This document shows positions 1 to 10,765 of a stretch of DNA of 32,678 nt, one piece after another. This stretch comes from an uncultured Lachnospiraceae bacterium (GTDB taxonomy: Bacteria > Bacillota > Clostridia > Lachnospirales > Lachnospiraceae). The number at the start of each line of letters is the position of its first letter. Position 1 is the stretch's first letter. The DNA lies in the NCBI GenBank assembly GCA_947176785.1, contig CAMWSA010000001.1, positions 1 to 32,678 on the forward strand, given 5' to 3'. A model generated the notes under the pieces. The model was not told the DNA's origin, ran no database searches, and saw nothing but the letters and a program-made list of their open reading frames with translations. Position numbers and translations under genes: made by a program.

Positions 1-152
1 TAGCAGATATATTAATATTATTATTAATTAAATCTTTTCTTTTTATTTTATTAGTCTTTTCCATAAGCTACACCAATCAAAATATCGTATATTTATATCT
101 ATCATATCTTATTTTTTAAGTAAAGAAAAGACTTTTCATATAAATTTAAGGA

Positions 153-878
153 TTATTTTAGAGGTTCTTTTGTAGGAATCCCTGCTTTTCGGGGAAATTT
201 ATTTGATGTGGGTTTTATTTTTTTTATACAGATCAGGCTACGGAAAATATCACTGTGTGGCAATAAAAATTCTTCATTTTTATTAATCTTCCCTCCAAGC
301 AAAAAAATAGCATTTTTTGATACTGCCATCTCTTCATTGACTTTATCTGATTTATAGGAAACGAAGTATCCGCCAACTTTTACAAAAGGCAGACAATATT
401 CAGACAAACTGGCCAAATGGGCTACAGCTCGCGACACACATAAATCAAACTGTTCCCTGCATTTTGTAAGTCTGGCATAATCCTCTGCCCTTCCATGTAT
501 TGTATATACTTCTTTCAAACCCAACTCGTCAACCACCGCATTGAGAAATTGTATCCTTTTATTTAAGCTGTCCAAAAGAGTGATCTTCATCCAGGGAAAA
601 GCAATCTTGAGAGCCAAACCCGGAAAACCTGCACCTGTGCCCACATCTATCACACTGCTCTTTTCAGAGGTATCAAATACTTTTATCAAAGAAAGACTGT
701 CAATAAAATGCTTTTTCATTACCTCTTCATAGGCAGTGATACCAGTTAAATTCATAAAACCATTCCACTTCACAAGCATCTCATAATACTTAATAAACTG
801 ATCAATCTGTCCGTCAGTCAATTGGATTTTTAATAATTCCAGATCGTTTTCAAATTGTTTTGTACAATATGCATTCAT
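153..878 (-). CDS. rsmG: 16S rRNA m7G527 methyltransferase RsmG (GidB)
   Basis: WNGFMNLT, KHFIDSL, DVGTGAGFPG SAM-binding motif, HGRAED and SRAVA; lies downstream of mnmG. Start moved to ATG 878, which has a GAGGT RBS (ORF track starts at 911). Confidence 0.96.
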   Translation of the reverse strand: MNAYCTKQFENDLELLKIQLTDGQIDQFIKYYEMLVKWNGFMNLTGITAYEEVMKKHFIDSLSLIKVFDTSEKSSVIDVGTGAGFPGLALKIAFPWMKITLLDSLNKRIQFLNAVVDELGLKEVYTIHGRAEDYARLTKCREQFDLCVSRAVAHLASLSEYCLPFVKVGGYFVSYKSDKVNEEMAVSKNAIFLLGGKINKNEEFLLPHSDIFRSLICIKKIKPTSNKFPRKAGIPTKEPLK

Positions 879-928
879 ATAAACCTCATTCACTTTCAAT
901 AGTTCAATCAAACTCAGACTTGCCCGCT

Positions 929-2869
929 TCAGTAAGCACCCAAATCAGGATGGTGAAAACCACTACGATTTCTGTGTTCCAAATAGATTAAAAGAACTGA
1001 TATATCCGCCGGTGACACCCCGGATATCCGGGATGCCTGTCCCACAGAAACAGGGCGGAACTCCTTCAGTTTCTGTCTGGCCTCCAGCCTTAGAGAAGAA
1101 ATTTCATCATAGTCTATATCCAGGGGAATTTTTTTACTCTCCATCTTCTTATACTGTTCTACCTGCCGCAGCTGCCTGAGAATATATCCCTCGTATTTAA
1201 TCTCTATTTCCACCTGTTTTGTCACATCCTCCGGCAAAGGCTTCCTGTCAGGGTCGACTTGGGCAAGCAATGTGTAAGAAAGCTCTGGCCTGCAGAGTAA
1301 TTCCGCCAGGGAAGCCGCCGTTTTTAACCCGCTGCTCCCATGGGCCTGTAAAAATCCCTGTATATTCTGATTTGCTCCCACAGTGCAGGATTTTAGCCGT
1401 TGGATCTCCCTCTTAATGGATTCCTCCTTAACCAACAGCCGCCGATACTCCTCTTCTGAGATCAGGCCAACCTCATACCCTTTCTTCCTGAGGCGCAGAT
1501 CCGCATTATCCTGACGAAGCAGCAGCCTGTACTCCGCCCGGGAAGTCATCATCCGATAAGGTTCCCTGTTATCCTTTGTCACCAGGTCATCAATCAGCAC
1601 GCCAATATAACTCTCCGACCGATCCAGAATCAAAGGCTCCCTTCCTGACAAAAGCATGGCGGCATTGATCCCGGCGATCAATCCTTGAGCCGCCGCCTCC
1701 TCATAGCCACTGCTTCCGTTAAATTGACCGCCGCTGAATAATCCCTTTACTTCCTTGAATTCCAAAGACGGGTACAACTGCCTGGCATTGATACAATCAT
1801 ATTCTATTGCATATGCATTTCGAACTATTTTACAATTTTCCAGTCCCGGTACGGTCCTGTACATGGCTAACTGCACATCCTCCGGCAAAGAGGAAGACAT
1901 TCCCCCAACATACATTTCATTTGTATGTAATCCTTCCGGCTCAATAAAAACCTGATGTCTGTCCTTATCCGCAAATTTTACTACCTTGTCCTCAATAGAC
2001 GGACAATACCTGGGGCCGGTACCCTCTATAATTCCCGCATAAATAGGAGATCTATCCAGATTATCACGGATTATCTCATGGGTCTGCTCATTGGTATAAG
2101 TCAGCCAGCAGGATATCTGATGCTTCTGTACGGATTCCGGGTCTGTTGAAAAAGAAAACGGAATAACCCTTTCATCCCCAAGCTGCTCCTCCATCTTGGA
2201 ATAATCAATACTCCTCCCATCCATCCTTGCAGGGGTACCCGTCTTAAACCGGCGCAATTCAATTCCCATTCTTTCCAGAGAAGCCGTCAGATGGTTTGCG
2301 GCCTGCAAACCATTGGGCCCCGTATATGTGATTGACTCCCCACAAAGACACCTGGCCTTCAGATAAGTACCCGTACAGAGAATCACCGCGCCGCATCCAT
2401 AGACTGCACCCGTAAAGGTCTTTACACCCGTAACCCTTTTTTTTCCATCCTCCCATGTCCAAAGAAGCTCACAGACCTCCGCCTGTTTAATGGTCAGATG
2501 CTCCTGATTTTCCAAAACAGTACGCATCTCCCTGGTATAATCCGCCTTATCAGCCTGGGCGCGCAGGGAATGAACCGCCGGACCCTTGGATACATTTAAC
2601 ATTTTCGACTGAATAAATGTCTTATCTATATTTTTTCCCATCTCACCGCCCAGGGCATCCACTTCCCTCACCAGATGCCCCTTGGAAGAACCGCCTATAT
2701 TAGGATTACAAGGCATTAATGCAATACTGTCCACACTGACCGTAAAAACAACCGTCTCAAACCCCAGTCGGGCACAGGCAAGAGCCGCCTCACACCCGGC
2801 ATGCCCTGCACCCACCACGCACACATCCACTTGTTCCCGAATACCAGTTACCATAATCATACCTTTCAT
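929..2869 (-). CDS. mnmG: tRNA uridine-5-carboxymethylaminomethyl modification enzyme MnmG (GidA)
   Basis: [15 protein letters not shown] motif, [36 protein letters not shown] and [12 protein letters not shown]. The true start may be ATG 2854. Confidence 0.98.
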   Translation of the reverse strand: MKGMIMVTGIREQVDVCVVGAGHAGCEAALACARLGFETVVFTVSVDSIALMPCNPNIGGSSKGHLVREVDALGGEMGKNIDKTFIQSKMLNVSKGPAVHSLRAQADKADYTREMRTVLENQEHLTIKQAEVCELLWTWEDGKKRVTGVKTFTGAVYGCGAVILCTGTYLKARCLCGESITYTGPNGLQAANHLTASLERMGIELRRFKTGTPARMDGRSIDYSKMEEQLGDERVIPFSFSTDPESVQKHQISCWLTYTNEQTHEIIRDNLDRSPIYAGIIEGTGPRYCPSIEDKVVKFADKDRHQVFIEPEGLHTNEMYVGGMSSSLPEDVQLAMYRTVPGLENCKIVRNAYAIEYDCINARQLYPSLEFKEVKGLFSGGQFNGSSGYEEAAAQGLIAGINAAMLLSGREPLILDRSESYIGVLIDDLVTKDNREPYRMMTSRAEYRLLLRQDNADLRLRKKGYEVGLISEEEYRRLLVKEESIKREIQRLKSCTVGANQNIQGFLQAHGSSGLKTAASLAELLCRPELSYTLLAQVDPDRKPLPEDVTKQVEIEIKYEGYILRQLRQVEQYKKMESKKIPLDIDYDEISSLRLEARQKLKEFRPVSVGQASRISGVSPADISVLLIYLEHRNRSGFHHPDLGAY

Positions 2870-2881
2870 TAAAAATCCTAG

Positions 2882-2984
2882 TATATTGACAAACTGTAAG
2901 CTTTTTCAATTTTCATATTACACATGCTGCATAATCGACAAGATGTGACATACAGAAAAGCAAAGTTTACCGTTCCGGAATACA
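2882..2984 (-). repeat. Family A palindromic element, copy A1 (most diverged full copy)
   Basis: Reverse complement reads ...CTGTATGTCACATCTTGTCGATTATGCAGCATGTGTAATATGAAAATTGAAAAAGCTTA...TATA and is colinear with 14277-14380. Confidence 0.8.
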
Positions 2985-2987
2985 AAA

Positions 2988-4397
2988 CTATTTACCCATA
3001 CAAAATTTCGAAAAAATCTCCTCCACAAGATCATCCTCCACCTGCTCTCCAACAATAGTTCCCAAAGAAGTATATGAAGCCATCAAGTCAATGGAATAGA
3101 AATCCTCCGGCATATGAGACTCAATACTCTGCCTCACCAACAACAGGCTCTTATGGGCATTCTCCAGCGCCTCCCTGTGCCTGATATTGGTTATCACCGC
3201 CTCCCGGTTCTCCTTTATCACACCGCTGAAAAAAAGCTCTTCTATCTGCCTTTCCAACTGCTCCAGTCCAATTCCTTCACTTGCGGATATTCTTACAATT
3301 TTAAGATCCTTCTTATCCGAAAAAAGTCTTTTTATCTCTTCATCCGATACAATAACCGGTAAATCCGACTTATTGATAATCGCAATTACCTGTTTATGCT
3401 CAATCAGAGAAATAATCTCCCTCTCTCTCTCATCCGGCAGTTCACTGCCATCTATAACAAAGAGAATCAAATCCGCTTTCTCCGCATATTGCCTGGCTTT
3501 ATCCACACCGATCTGTTCCACAACATCTTCTGTACGCCGGATTCCCGCAGTGTCAACCATATGCAGAGTGATTCCCCTGAAGCTGACAGTCTCCTGTAAA
3601 ATATCCCTTGTAGTACCGGGCACTTGTGTCACAATCGCCCTCTCCTCACCCAAAAACGCATTTAGTAAAGAAGATTTTCCCGCGTTTGGCCTTCCAAGGA
3701 TCACTGTCCTGATGCCCTCTCTGATCAGTCTCCCATCCTCTGCCGAGTCAATCAGTTTTTCAATTCTGTCTAAAAATATATTGCATTTTTCATACAGTTT
3801 TTCTTCGTAACCATCCAGACTGATATGTTCCGGGTCATCCAGGGCAGACTCGATAAAGGCAAGCTCATAGAGAATCTGCTCTCTGATATTTCTGATCACA
3901 GCGGCAAGCCTTCCAGTCAATTGTTCCATGGAAGAAGACAGGGACATCTCACTCTGGGAATGAATCACATCCATCACTGCTTCCGCCTGGGACAAATCCA
4001 TTCTCCCATTTAAGAATGCCCTTTTAGTAAACTCTCCCGGCTGTGCCAGTCTAGCTCCCGATCTAAGCACCAATTGCAGTACCTTCTGTAAAAGCAGCAC
4101 CCCTCCATGACAGTTAATTTCCACCGTATCCTCCATCGTATAACTATGGGGGGCCTTCATTAACACCACCATCACCTCGTCCAATATGCTCTTTTTCCAG
4201 TCACTTCCGGAACCAGGTTCAACAATATATCCATGAGAAACGGTGTGACTGGATTTTTCAGACAATATCCTCCGTCCGAATTTATTACAAAAAACAGAAT
4301 CCACCACTGATATGGCCTCCGGTCCGGATACCCTGATAATTCCAATCCCCGCATTGGATAAAGCTGTAGCTATGGCTGCTATCGTGTCTGTATGCAT
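2988..4397 (-). CDS. mnmE: tRNA modification GTPase MnmE (TrmE)
   Basis: DTIAAIAT N-terminus, GEFTKRAFLNGRMDLSQAEAV, GRPNAGKSS P-loop, GTTRD, DTAG, NKSD and C-terminal FCMGK. Confidence 0.98.
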   Translation of the reverse strand: MHTDTIAAIATALSNAGIGIIRVSGPEAISVVDSVFCNKFGRRILSEKSSHTVSHGYIVEPGSGSDWKKSILDEVMVVLMKAPHSYTMEDTVEINCHGGVLLLQKVLQLVLRSGARLAQPGEFTKRAFLNGRMDLSQAEAVMDVIHSQSEMSLSSSMEQLTGRLAAVIRNIREQILYELAFIESALDDPEHISLDGYEEKLYEKCNIFLDRIEKLIDSAEDGRLIREGIRTVILGRPNAGKSSLLNAFLGEERAIVTQVPGTTRDILQETVSFRGITLHMVDTAGIRRTEDVVEQIGVDKARQYAEKADLILFVIDGSELPDEREREIISLIEHKQVIAIINKSDLPVIVSDEEIKRLFSDKKDLKIVRISASEGIGLEQLERQIEELFFSGVIKENREAVITNIRHREALENAHKSLLLVRQSIESHMPEDFYSIDLMASYTSLGTIVGEQVEDDLVEEIFSKFCMGK

Positions 4398-4413
4398 ATA
4401 AAATCTCCATATT

Positions 4414-4515
4414 TATATTCAACGACATTAGAAATTTCACTTGAAGCCATGCGAAAACCTTCGTATAGGGCTTTCGCAAGAACTGAAAGCAGAAATATCA
4501 ATGTCATTTACCATA
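4414..4515. repeat. Family B palindromic element, copy B1
   Basis: TATATTCAACGACATTAGAAATTTCACTTGAAGCC...TGAAAGCAGAAA...ATGTCATTTACCATA is colinear with 19658-19758 over ~100 bp; the first 19 nt are identical. Confidence 0.85.
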
Positions 4516-4625
4516 CCTTACTATGCATATCGCCGGATTTGCCAGCGATATTACACCAATCAGTATTTGGATGCATAACATCCAGGCATATAGTAAACAA
4601 CATCATCTTATTGATTATATAAATG

Positions 4626-4654
4626 AAAAGAATAGGGGCTGTCAGCCCCTATTC
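4626..4654 (-). terminator. Intrinsic terminator after jag
   Basis: Perfect 12-bp inverted repeat GAATAGGGGCTG/CAGCCCCTATTC, followed by a short T-run on the minus strand just past the jag stop. Confidence 0.7.
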
Positions 4655-4661
4655 CAGTCTC

Positions 4662-5291
4662 TTATGAATTGCGCTTTAAGGTAACCACCACTCTCCTGAA
4701 AGGCTCATCACCCTCACTGTGGGTTGTAACATATTTGTCATTCTGTAATGCGGAATGAATAATACGCCTCTCATAGGGATTCATAGGCTCCAATGATACA
4801 GGTCTCTTATTTCTCTTTACCTTATAAGCAATGTTCCTGGCAAGATTCTCGAGAGTTTCCTTTCTTCTCGCGCGGTAATTTTCCGTGTCAACCTTTACCC
4901 GGATATAATCCTCCACATTCTTATTCACTACCAGGGAAACCAGGTATTGCAGGGAATCCAGAGTCTGCCCTCTCTTGCCGATCAAAACGCCCATGTCATC
5001 ACCGTTTAATTCTATATCCATGGACTTATCTTCCTCATTGTACTGCACATCCACTGTCACAAGCATATCCATGGCAGCAAAAACTTCCTTTAAAAAATTA
5101 CTGGCGTCATCCCTGACGGAACATTTTACCCAGGCTTTGATAAGGGCAGGCTTTGCACCGATTCCCAAAAATCCGGCGGACCCCTCCTCTATCACTTCAT
5201 GCTCCAGCCTGTCACTGGAAACGCCAAGCTTCTGGCAAGCTTCAATAATGGCTTCATTTACTGTCTTTGCCGATACTTCCATATAATCCAT
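4662..5291 (-). CDS. jag: RNA-binding protein Jag/KhpB (Jag_N, KH, R3H)
   Basis: Jag_N (SAKTVNEAI...GFLGIG), KH motif LIGKRGQTLDSLQ and R3H motif PYERRIIH; follows yidC. Confidence 0.96.
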   Translation of the reverse strand: MDYMEVSAKTVNEAIIEACQKLGVSSDRLEHEVIEEGSAGFLGIGAKPALIKAWVKCSVRDDASNFLKEVFAAMDMLVTVDVQYNEEDKSMDIELNGDDMGVLIGKRGQTLDSLQYLVSLVVNKNVEDYIRVKVDTENYRARRKETLENLARNIAYKVKRNKRPVSLEPMNPYERRIIHSALQNDKYVTTHSEGDEPFRRVVVTLKRNS

Positions 5292-5309
5292 TTCTTTTTC
5301 CCCCTGCTT

Positions 5310-6635
5310 CTATTTGTTATTTCTCTCGTTAAATTCCTTTACCATATTAGCCTTGGCTGAAATGCTGCCCGGATTGGATTTACTGCTGTATTCCACATTC
5401 GGTATTTTCTTCTCCTGGCTGCTCTTTCTGGAAGAACCCTCCTCATTTTCCGCACCGGTATTCATTCCTGCCTTACTGACAATATTTTTGGTGTTCATAT
5501 TGGCATAGGCATTCATCATTTCCTGGCGCTTCTGCATTTTCTCCATCTTCTTGGCGCTCTTTACGGAATTTTTCTTCACAATCTCATCAAAACTCATCCG
5601 GTCCAGACGCTTATTGATGATAATCATCAAAATTGTCCTGACCACAGCGCTGGCAATCCAGTACAAACCAAGACCGGAGGGAAGCGTAAAGCAGAACCAC
5701 GCAGAGAATATGGGCATAATCATATTCATCATTTTCATGGAAGAAGCCATACCATTGTCGGCACCCCTGTTTTCCGGCTGGGGCATCAGCTTTACACTGA
5801 TCAGCTGCGTAACGGCAGACAAAACAGGGATCATAACAGCCCCAATCAACAGCCCCCATGCACCCACCTGATAAGCGTTTGATATGATATGCTGGGGGGA
5901 ATTGGCAATGTTAAGACCAATAAAATTATTATAGGTATCCAACAGGCCCCTGGTACTCTCGTTACTTAATATAAGGCTTCCGTTATAAGTGAGGTCAGCC
6001 AGATTATAATGTTCTGATACTGTAGCCATATCGCTGCTGGACAGCTTATTCAGCACATCAATCAGACTGTTAATACTCTTTTCCCCGGTATCCAATATAT
6101 TCCTGCCATACGTGGATACTGTATTTTTTATGGTACTGATTTCCGAACTTTTAATAAACTCGGCACCATCCATATTCATAATCTGATCAGCCAGCACCCG
6201 AAAAGTATTGCCGATCTTATTCACATAGGCGGGAATGGCATAAATGACCCTGTACAGGGCAAGTAAAATAGGCAGCTGTATCAACAGCTGTACGCAACTA
6301 CCCGAAGCGGAGACTCCATATTTTGCGTAGATCGCCTGAATCTCCTGATTCTGAGCCATCATGGAGTCATTGTCCTTCTTATTCTTATATTTTTCCTGAA
6401 CCGCCTGGATCTCCGGCTGCATTTTATTGGACAGCTTGGAAAATTTCTGCTGTTTGACTGTCAAAGGCAAAAGAAGCAGGTTCACAACCACTGTAAACAG
6501 GATGATCGCCAATCCTATATTGGGAATGCCAATAAAGTCAATAACAGTAAAGATACCTTCCATAATCATGCCAAGCAGTCTGGCCACCCATCCGATAATA
6601 AAGGTATCGTCCTTGGTCAATAGAATTACGTTCAT
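5310..6635 (-). CDS. yidC: Membrane protein insertase YidC/SpoIIIJ
   Basis: GLAIILFTVVVNLLLLPL, QPEIQAVQEKYK, LLIQLPILLALY and PSGLGLYW; canonical rnpA-yidD-yidC-jag order. Confidence 0.95.
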   Translation of the reverse strand: MNVILLTKDDTFIIGWVARLLGMIMEGIFTVIDFIGIPNIGLAIILFTVVVNLLLLPLTVKQQKFSKLSNKMQPEIQAVQEKYKNKKDNDSMMAQNQEIQAIYAKYGVSASGSCVQLLIQLPILLALYRVIYAIPAYVNKIGNTFRVLADQIMNMDGAEFIKSSEISTIKNTVSTYGRNILDTGEKSINSLIDVLNKLSSSDMATVSEHYNLADLTYNGSLILSNESTRGLLDTYNNFIGLNIANSPQHIISNAYQVGAWGLLIGAVMIPVLSAVTQLISVKLMPQPENRGADNGMASSMKMMNMIMPIFSAWFCFTLPSGLGLYWIASAVVRTILMIIINKRLDRMSFDEIVKKNSVKSAKKMEKMQKRQEMMNAYANMNTKNIVSKAGMNTGAENEEGSSRKSSQEKKIPNVEYSSKSNPGSISAKANMVKEFNERNNK

Positions 6636-6706
6636 TTTTACCTCTTCCTATGATCCTAATATTTGCAGGATTTTCTACGATATTGCGTCAATCAACGGTA
6701 TATTTA

Positions 6707-6919
6707 TCAGGGCACAGGATCAAAGCCTCCCTTTGAAAAAGGATTACAGCGGAGTATTCTCCATGCCGCCAGAAGAGATCCCCTGAAAGCCCCATACTTC
6801 TGAACCGCCTCAAGCCCATACTGAGAACAGCAGGGAATATAGGGACATTTCGTACGTTTCATGGGAGATATATATTTTTGATAAAACCGTATCATGGCGA
6901 TTACAATTTTTTTCATCAT
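6707..6919 (-). CDS. yidD: Membrane protein insertion efficiency factor YidD
   Basis: [11 protein letters not shown]-x-Y-x-P-x-CS-x-Y and [18 protein letters not shown] 6919 preferred over TTG 6931. Confidence 0.95.
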   Translation of the reverse strand: MMKKIVIAMIRFYQKYISPMKRTKCPYIPCCSQYGLEAVQKYGAFRGSLLAAWRILRCNPFSKGGFDPVP

Positions 6920-6927
6920 ATTCCAAT

Positions 6928-7281
6928 TCAATCAAAATAAAAATAGACCTTAATCAGCTTATGAAGCCTGGCAAGGTGCAGCATAGCACTTTCCACTTCA
7001 TAGTAACCCACACAGGCTGCAGCCGGTCTTGCGACGATTACCATATCCAAACCACTATTGAATATGTTTTCATGTAACCGGTAACTCTCTCTCACCAGCC
7101 TTGTAACGCGATGCCTTACAACGCTGTTTCCCACTTTTCTGCTGACGCTGATTCCAATCCGGTTCCTATCCGTGCCATTTTCCTTAACATACATGATCAG
7201 ATACTTATTCGCATAGGATTTTCCATTCTTATAGACAAATTGGAATTGCGTGTTCTTTTTAAGTGACTCTGAAAATCTCAT
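6928..7281 (-). CDS. rnpA: Ribonuclease P protein component
   Basis: [25 protein letters not shown] (RNR-like motif); lies between rpmH and yidD. Confidence 0.96.
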   Translation of the reverse strand: MRFSESLKKNTQFQFVYKNGKSYANKYLIMYVKENGTDRNRIGISVSRKVGNSVVRHRVTRLVRESYRLHENIFNSGLDMVIVARPAAACVGYYEVESAMLHLARLHKLIKVYFYFD

Positions 7282-7306
7282 AATCCCTGTTCCTCATTTT
7301 TCAGAG

Positions 7307-7331
7307 AAAAAAAGGCCACATTGCTGTGACC
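7307..7331 (-). terminator. Hairpin plus U-tract after rpmH
   Basis: Minus strand reads GGTCACA-GCAA-TGTGGCC-TTTTTTT at the rpmH stop. Confidence 0.6.
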
Positions 7332-7465
7332 TATGCCGACAATCTCTTTCTTCCCTTTGCACGCCTTGCCGCCAGCACTTTTCTTCCGCCGGGAGTACTC
7401 ATCCTCGCCCTGAAGCCATGAACCCTGGATCTGGATCTCTTCTTAGGCTGAAATGTCATCTTCAT
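7331..7465 (-). CDS. rpmH: 50S ribosomal protein L34 (absent from ORF track)
   Basis: Manual translation gives [44 protein letters not shown] (44 aa), with a GGAGG RBS upstream. Confidence 0.97.
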   Translation of the reverse strand: MKMTFQPKKRSRSRVHGFRARMSTPGGRKVLAARRAKGRKRLSA

Positions 7466-7619
7466 ATAAAATGCACCTCCTTCTCTGACCTTAATTTATG
7501 ATAAGGCTTGTATGAATTCCAATGGAAAATAGCATATTGATTGTAAAGGAAAAGTGCCGCAATGTCAAGTAAATATCGGATTTTTTTCTGTTTATTTTAG
7601 AAACAATTTCCGTAAAAAA

Positions 7620-7880
7620 ATTTTTTTCTGAGTTATCCACAACTATATACACCATTTTTTATAAACAAAGAGTTATCCACCGACTGTTGATAATTTGTGG
7701 ATAACTGTTCCCACCGGGTACTATATCTTGTTTTATCCCCGAAATATTAAATCAATATGCTGTATTTATGCCGTCTTTTTGGTGTCCACAAAGGATGCGA
7801 ATTATACACCATATTGTCCACATCTGAATTTTCCCATCCTACTTATACCCCAAGTTATCAACAACATGTGGATAACTTTA
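7620..7880. other. oriC part 1: DnaA-box cluster upstream of dnaA
   Basis: TTATCCACA 7633, TTATCCACC 7673, TGTTGATAA 7685, TGTGGATAA 7696, TTGTCCACA 7814, TTATCAACA 7855 and TGTGGATAA 7867. Gene orientation switches here. Confidence 0.92.
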
Positions 7881-7968
7881 TTCAAGTCCTGTTCAAAACT
7901 AGTATTTGAAATATTTCGGACTTTATATTAATATAGGATTAGAAATATAGCAGGAAGGGCACAAAAAC

Positions 7969-9324
7969 ATGGATAATATTAAGGAAAATTGGGGAGAAAT
8001 CAAGGATATTGTCAAGAGGGAATACAACTTATCAGGCATTTCCTTCTCGACCTGGGTTGAACCTCTGCAGCTTTATAAAATAGAGGAGGACGTGGTGTAT
8101 ATCGTCATTCCCTCTGATCAGGCCCAGGCCCTGAGTTATATTTCCAGCAAATATAAAAGCTTTTTTCAGGTCACGATCTCAGAGATGTACGACCATATCT
8201 ATGATGTGGAGTTCATTCTGGAATCGGACATCCCCTCGGAAGATCCCATGGATAATGAATCTTCCTATTATGGTGACGCTGAAAATGAAAATACCACACT
8301 GAATCCAAAGTACAAATTCGACACCTTTGTGGTGGGAAGTAACAATAAATTTGCCCATTCCGCTTCGCTGGCCGTTGCGGAATCCCCGGGGAAAACTTAC
8401 AATCCACTGTATCTCTACGGGGGAGCCGGGCTGGGTAAAACCCACCTGATGCATTCCATCGGGCACTTTATCCTTAAACAGAATCCCAATACCAAGGTAC
8501 TCTATGTGACCAGTGAGGAATTTACCAACGAGGTGATCGAGTCCATCCGAAACGGTAATGCCGCCGTCATGACCAAGCTGCGTGAAAAGTACCGGACAGT
8601 GGATGTGCTGATGGTAGACGATGTACAGTTTATTATAGGTAAAGAAAGTACGCAGGAGGAATTTTTCCATACCTTCAACGTACTGCATTCCGCCGGAAAA
8701 CAAATCATTTTATCCTCGGACAAGCCGCCGAAGGAGATGGAAACCCTGGAAGAACGCTTCCGTTCCCGTTTCGAATGGGGACTGATTGCCGACATCCAGC
8801 CTCCCGATTATGAGACCCGTGTTGCTATCCTGCGAAAAAACGCCGAGATCTACCATCGGCAGATTGATGAAGAAATTATTGATTACATTGCTTCCAATAT
8901 TAAATCCAACATAAGAGAATTGGAGGGCGCATTTAATAAAATCCTTGCCTTTGCCAGATCCAACAAGACGGAACTGAACCTGGCAGCCGCCGAGGAAGCC
9001 CTGAAGGATGTGATCTATCCAAACAAAGCCAGAGACATAACACCCACTCTGATCATTAATACAGTATCGGAATACTTTAATGTACGACCTGAGGACGTAA
9101 TCTCCAAAAAGAGAAATTCCGAGTTTGTGCTTCCCAGGCAGGTATCCATGTACCTGTGCCATATATTGACGGATTACTCTTACGCCCTGATCGGTAAAGC
9201 CCTGGGCAAAAAGGATCACACCACCGTCCTGCACGGCTGTAACAAAATAGAGGATGAACTTAAAAACAACGAAGAGCTTCAGAGCAAGATTGACGCCATA
9301 TTAAAGAAGATCAACCCCGGGTAA
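7969..9324 (+). CDS. dnaA: Chromosomal replication initiator DnaA
   Basis: LNPKYKFDTFVVG, YNPLYLYGGAGLGKTHL Walker A, DDVQF, TQEEFFHTFN, SRFEWGL and domain IV KDHTTVLH. Confidence 0.99.
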   Translation: MDNIKENWGEIKDIVKREYNLSGISFSTWVEPLQLYKIEEDVVYIVIPSDQAQALSYISSKYKSFFQVTISEMYDHIYDVEFILESDIPSEDPMDNESSYYGDAENENTTLNPKYKFDTFVVGSNNKFAHSASLAVAESPGKTYNPLYLYGGAGLGKTHLMHSIGHFILKQNPNTKVLYVTSEEFTNEVIESIRNGNAAVMTKLREKYRTVDVLMVDDVQFIIGKESTQEEFFHTFNVLHSAGKQIILSSDKPPKEMETLEERFRSRFEWGLIADIQPPDYETRVAILRKNAEIYHRQIDEEIIDYIASNIKSNIRELEGAFNKILAFARSNKTELNLAAAEEALKDVIYPNKARDITPTLIINTVSEYFNVRPEDVISKKRNSEFVLPRQVSMYLCHILTDYSYALIGKALGKKDHTTVLHGCNKIEDELKNNEELQSKIDAILKKINPG

Positions 9325-9565
9325 TCCACAGGGAAATGTGTATTACCCGGGAAAAAAAGCCAAAACCTGTTGATAACCTGAAATACCTTGAAACTATCTT
9401 TTAAGGTACATGTGAATAAGTCTGAACTTATCCATTGCAAAAAGTTTAATTATTCACGAGATATCCATTCCCTTTTTGCCCGAAAAATAGTATAATAGAA
9501 ACAGTTTTGCACATATCAACACCCATTAAGAAGGATATTATGAAAACATATATAATTATATAAGC
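9322..9565. other. oriC part 2: DnaA boxes and AT-rich unwinding element between dnaA and dnaN
   Basis: Degenerate boxes TAATCCACA 9322, TGTTGATAA 9368, TGTGAATAA 9411, TTATTCACG 9450 and ATATCAACA 9513, followed by a short C-run and an AT-rich tract (~9525-9563). The arrangement matches the Firmicute bipartite origin. Confidence 0.8.
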
Positions 9566-9624
9566 CCTGCACAGGCACCCTCAAAAGGTTTTTGCGTTGT
9601 GTACAGGAAAGGAGTTCCTAAATT

Positions 9625-10734
9625 ATGAAACTGATTTGTTCTAAATCCGATCTGCTGAATGGAGTACAGATTGTATCCAAAGCAGTTCCCAACAAAACAA
9701 CCATGTCTATTCTGGAATGCATTCTTGTGGATGCCACAAGGGGAGAGATCACCCTTACCGCCAATGATATGGAGATGGGTATAGAGACTACGATCGAGGG
9801 AGAGATTGTGGAGAGGGGGCTGATCGCCCTGGATGCCAAGATTTTTCTGGATATTGTGCGCAAGCTGCCGGACAATGATATTACGATTCGGACAGACGAG
9901 ACTTACAAGACCACAATCACATGTGAAAAGGCCAAATTCAATATTATGGGCAAATCGGGGGAGGATTTTTCCTATCTGCCTGTGGTCGAGAGAGAGGAAA
10001 GTATCTCTATATCACAGTTTACCCTGAAGGAAATGATCCGGCAGACTATATTTTCTATTTCTGATAATGATAATAATAAAATAATGAGTGGTGAACTTTT
10101 TGATATTAAAGGCAATGAGCTTAAGGTAGTTTCACTGGATGGACACCGCATATCCATCCGAAAGATTGCGCTGAAGGAGGAGTACAGCCAGAGAAAGGTA
10201 GTTGTTCCGGGGAAGACTCTGAATGAGATCAGCAAGATCCTTTCCGGTGATACGGATAGGGATGTAAGTATTTTCTTTACCTCCAAGCACATTATTTTTG
10301 AATTTGATCAGACCACGGTGGTTTCCAGGCTTATTGAGGGAGAGTATTTCAGGATTGAGCAGATGCTCTCCAGCGATTATGAGACCAGGGTCAGAATCAA
10401 CAAAAAGGAACTTTTAAACTGTATTGACCGTGCCACCCTGCTGGTGAAGGAAGGGGACAAGAAGCCGATTATAATCAATATCACTGATGCAGGCATGGAG
10501 CTGAGGATCAACTCCGCTCTGGGCAGCATGAACGAGGATATTGACATAGCTAAAGAGGGAAAAGATTTGATGATCGGCTTCAATCCAAAATTTTTGATTG
10601 ATGCCCTGCGGGTGATTGACGACGAAGAGGTGGACCTGTATATGGTCAACCCAAAAGCGCCCTGTTTGATCAAGAATGAAGAGGAAAATTATATTTACCT
10701 GATTCTGCCTGTGAATTTCACTACTGTGAGTTAA
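9625..10734 (+). CDS. dnaN: DNA polymerase III beta sliding clamp
   Basis: VVSLDGHRIS, SRLIEGEY, IGFNPKFLIDAL and C-terminal YLILPV; follows dnaA. Confidence 0.98.
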   Translation: MKLICSKSDLLNGVQIVSKAVPNKTTMSILECILVDATRGEITLTANDMEMGIETTIEGEIVERGLIALDAKIFLDIVRKLPDNDITIRTDETYKTTITCEKAKFNIMGKSGEDFSYLPVVEREESISISQFTLKEMIRQTIFSISDNDNNKIMSGELFDIKGNELKVVSLDGHRISIRKIALKEEYSQRKVVVPGKTLNEISKILSGDTDRDVSIFFTSKHIIFEFDQTTVVSRLIEGEYFRIEQMLSSDYETRVRINKKELLNCIDRATLLVKEGDKKPIIINITDAGMELRINSALGSMNEDIDIAKEGKDLMIGFNPKFLIDALRVIDDEEVDLYMVNPKAPCLIKNEEENYIYLILPVNFTTVS

Positions 10735-10765
10735 AGGCGGGGATGGGGATAGGACATAGAAAGAC

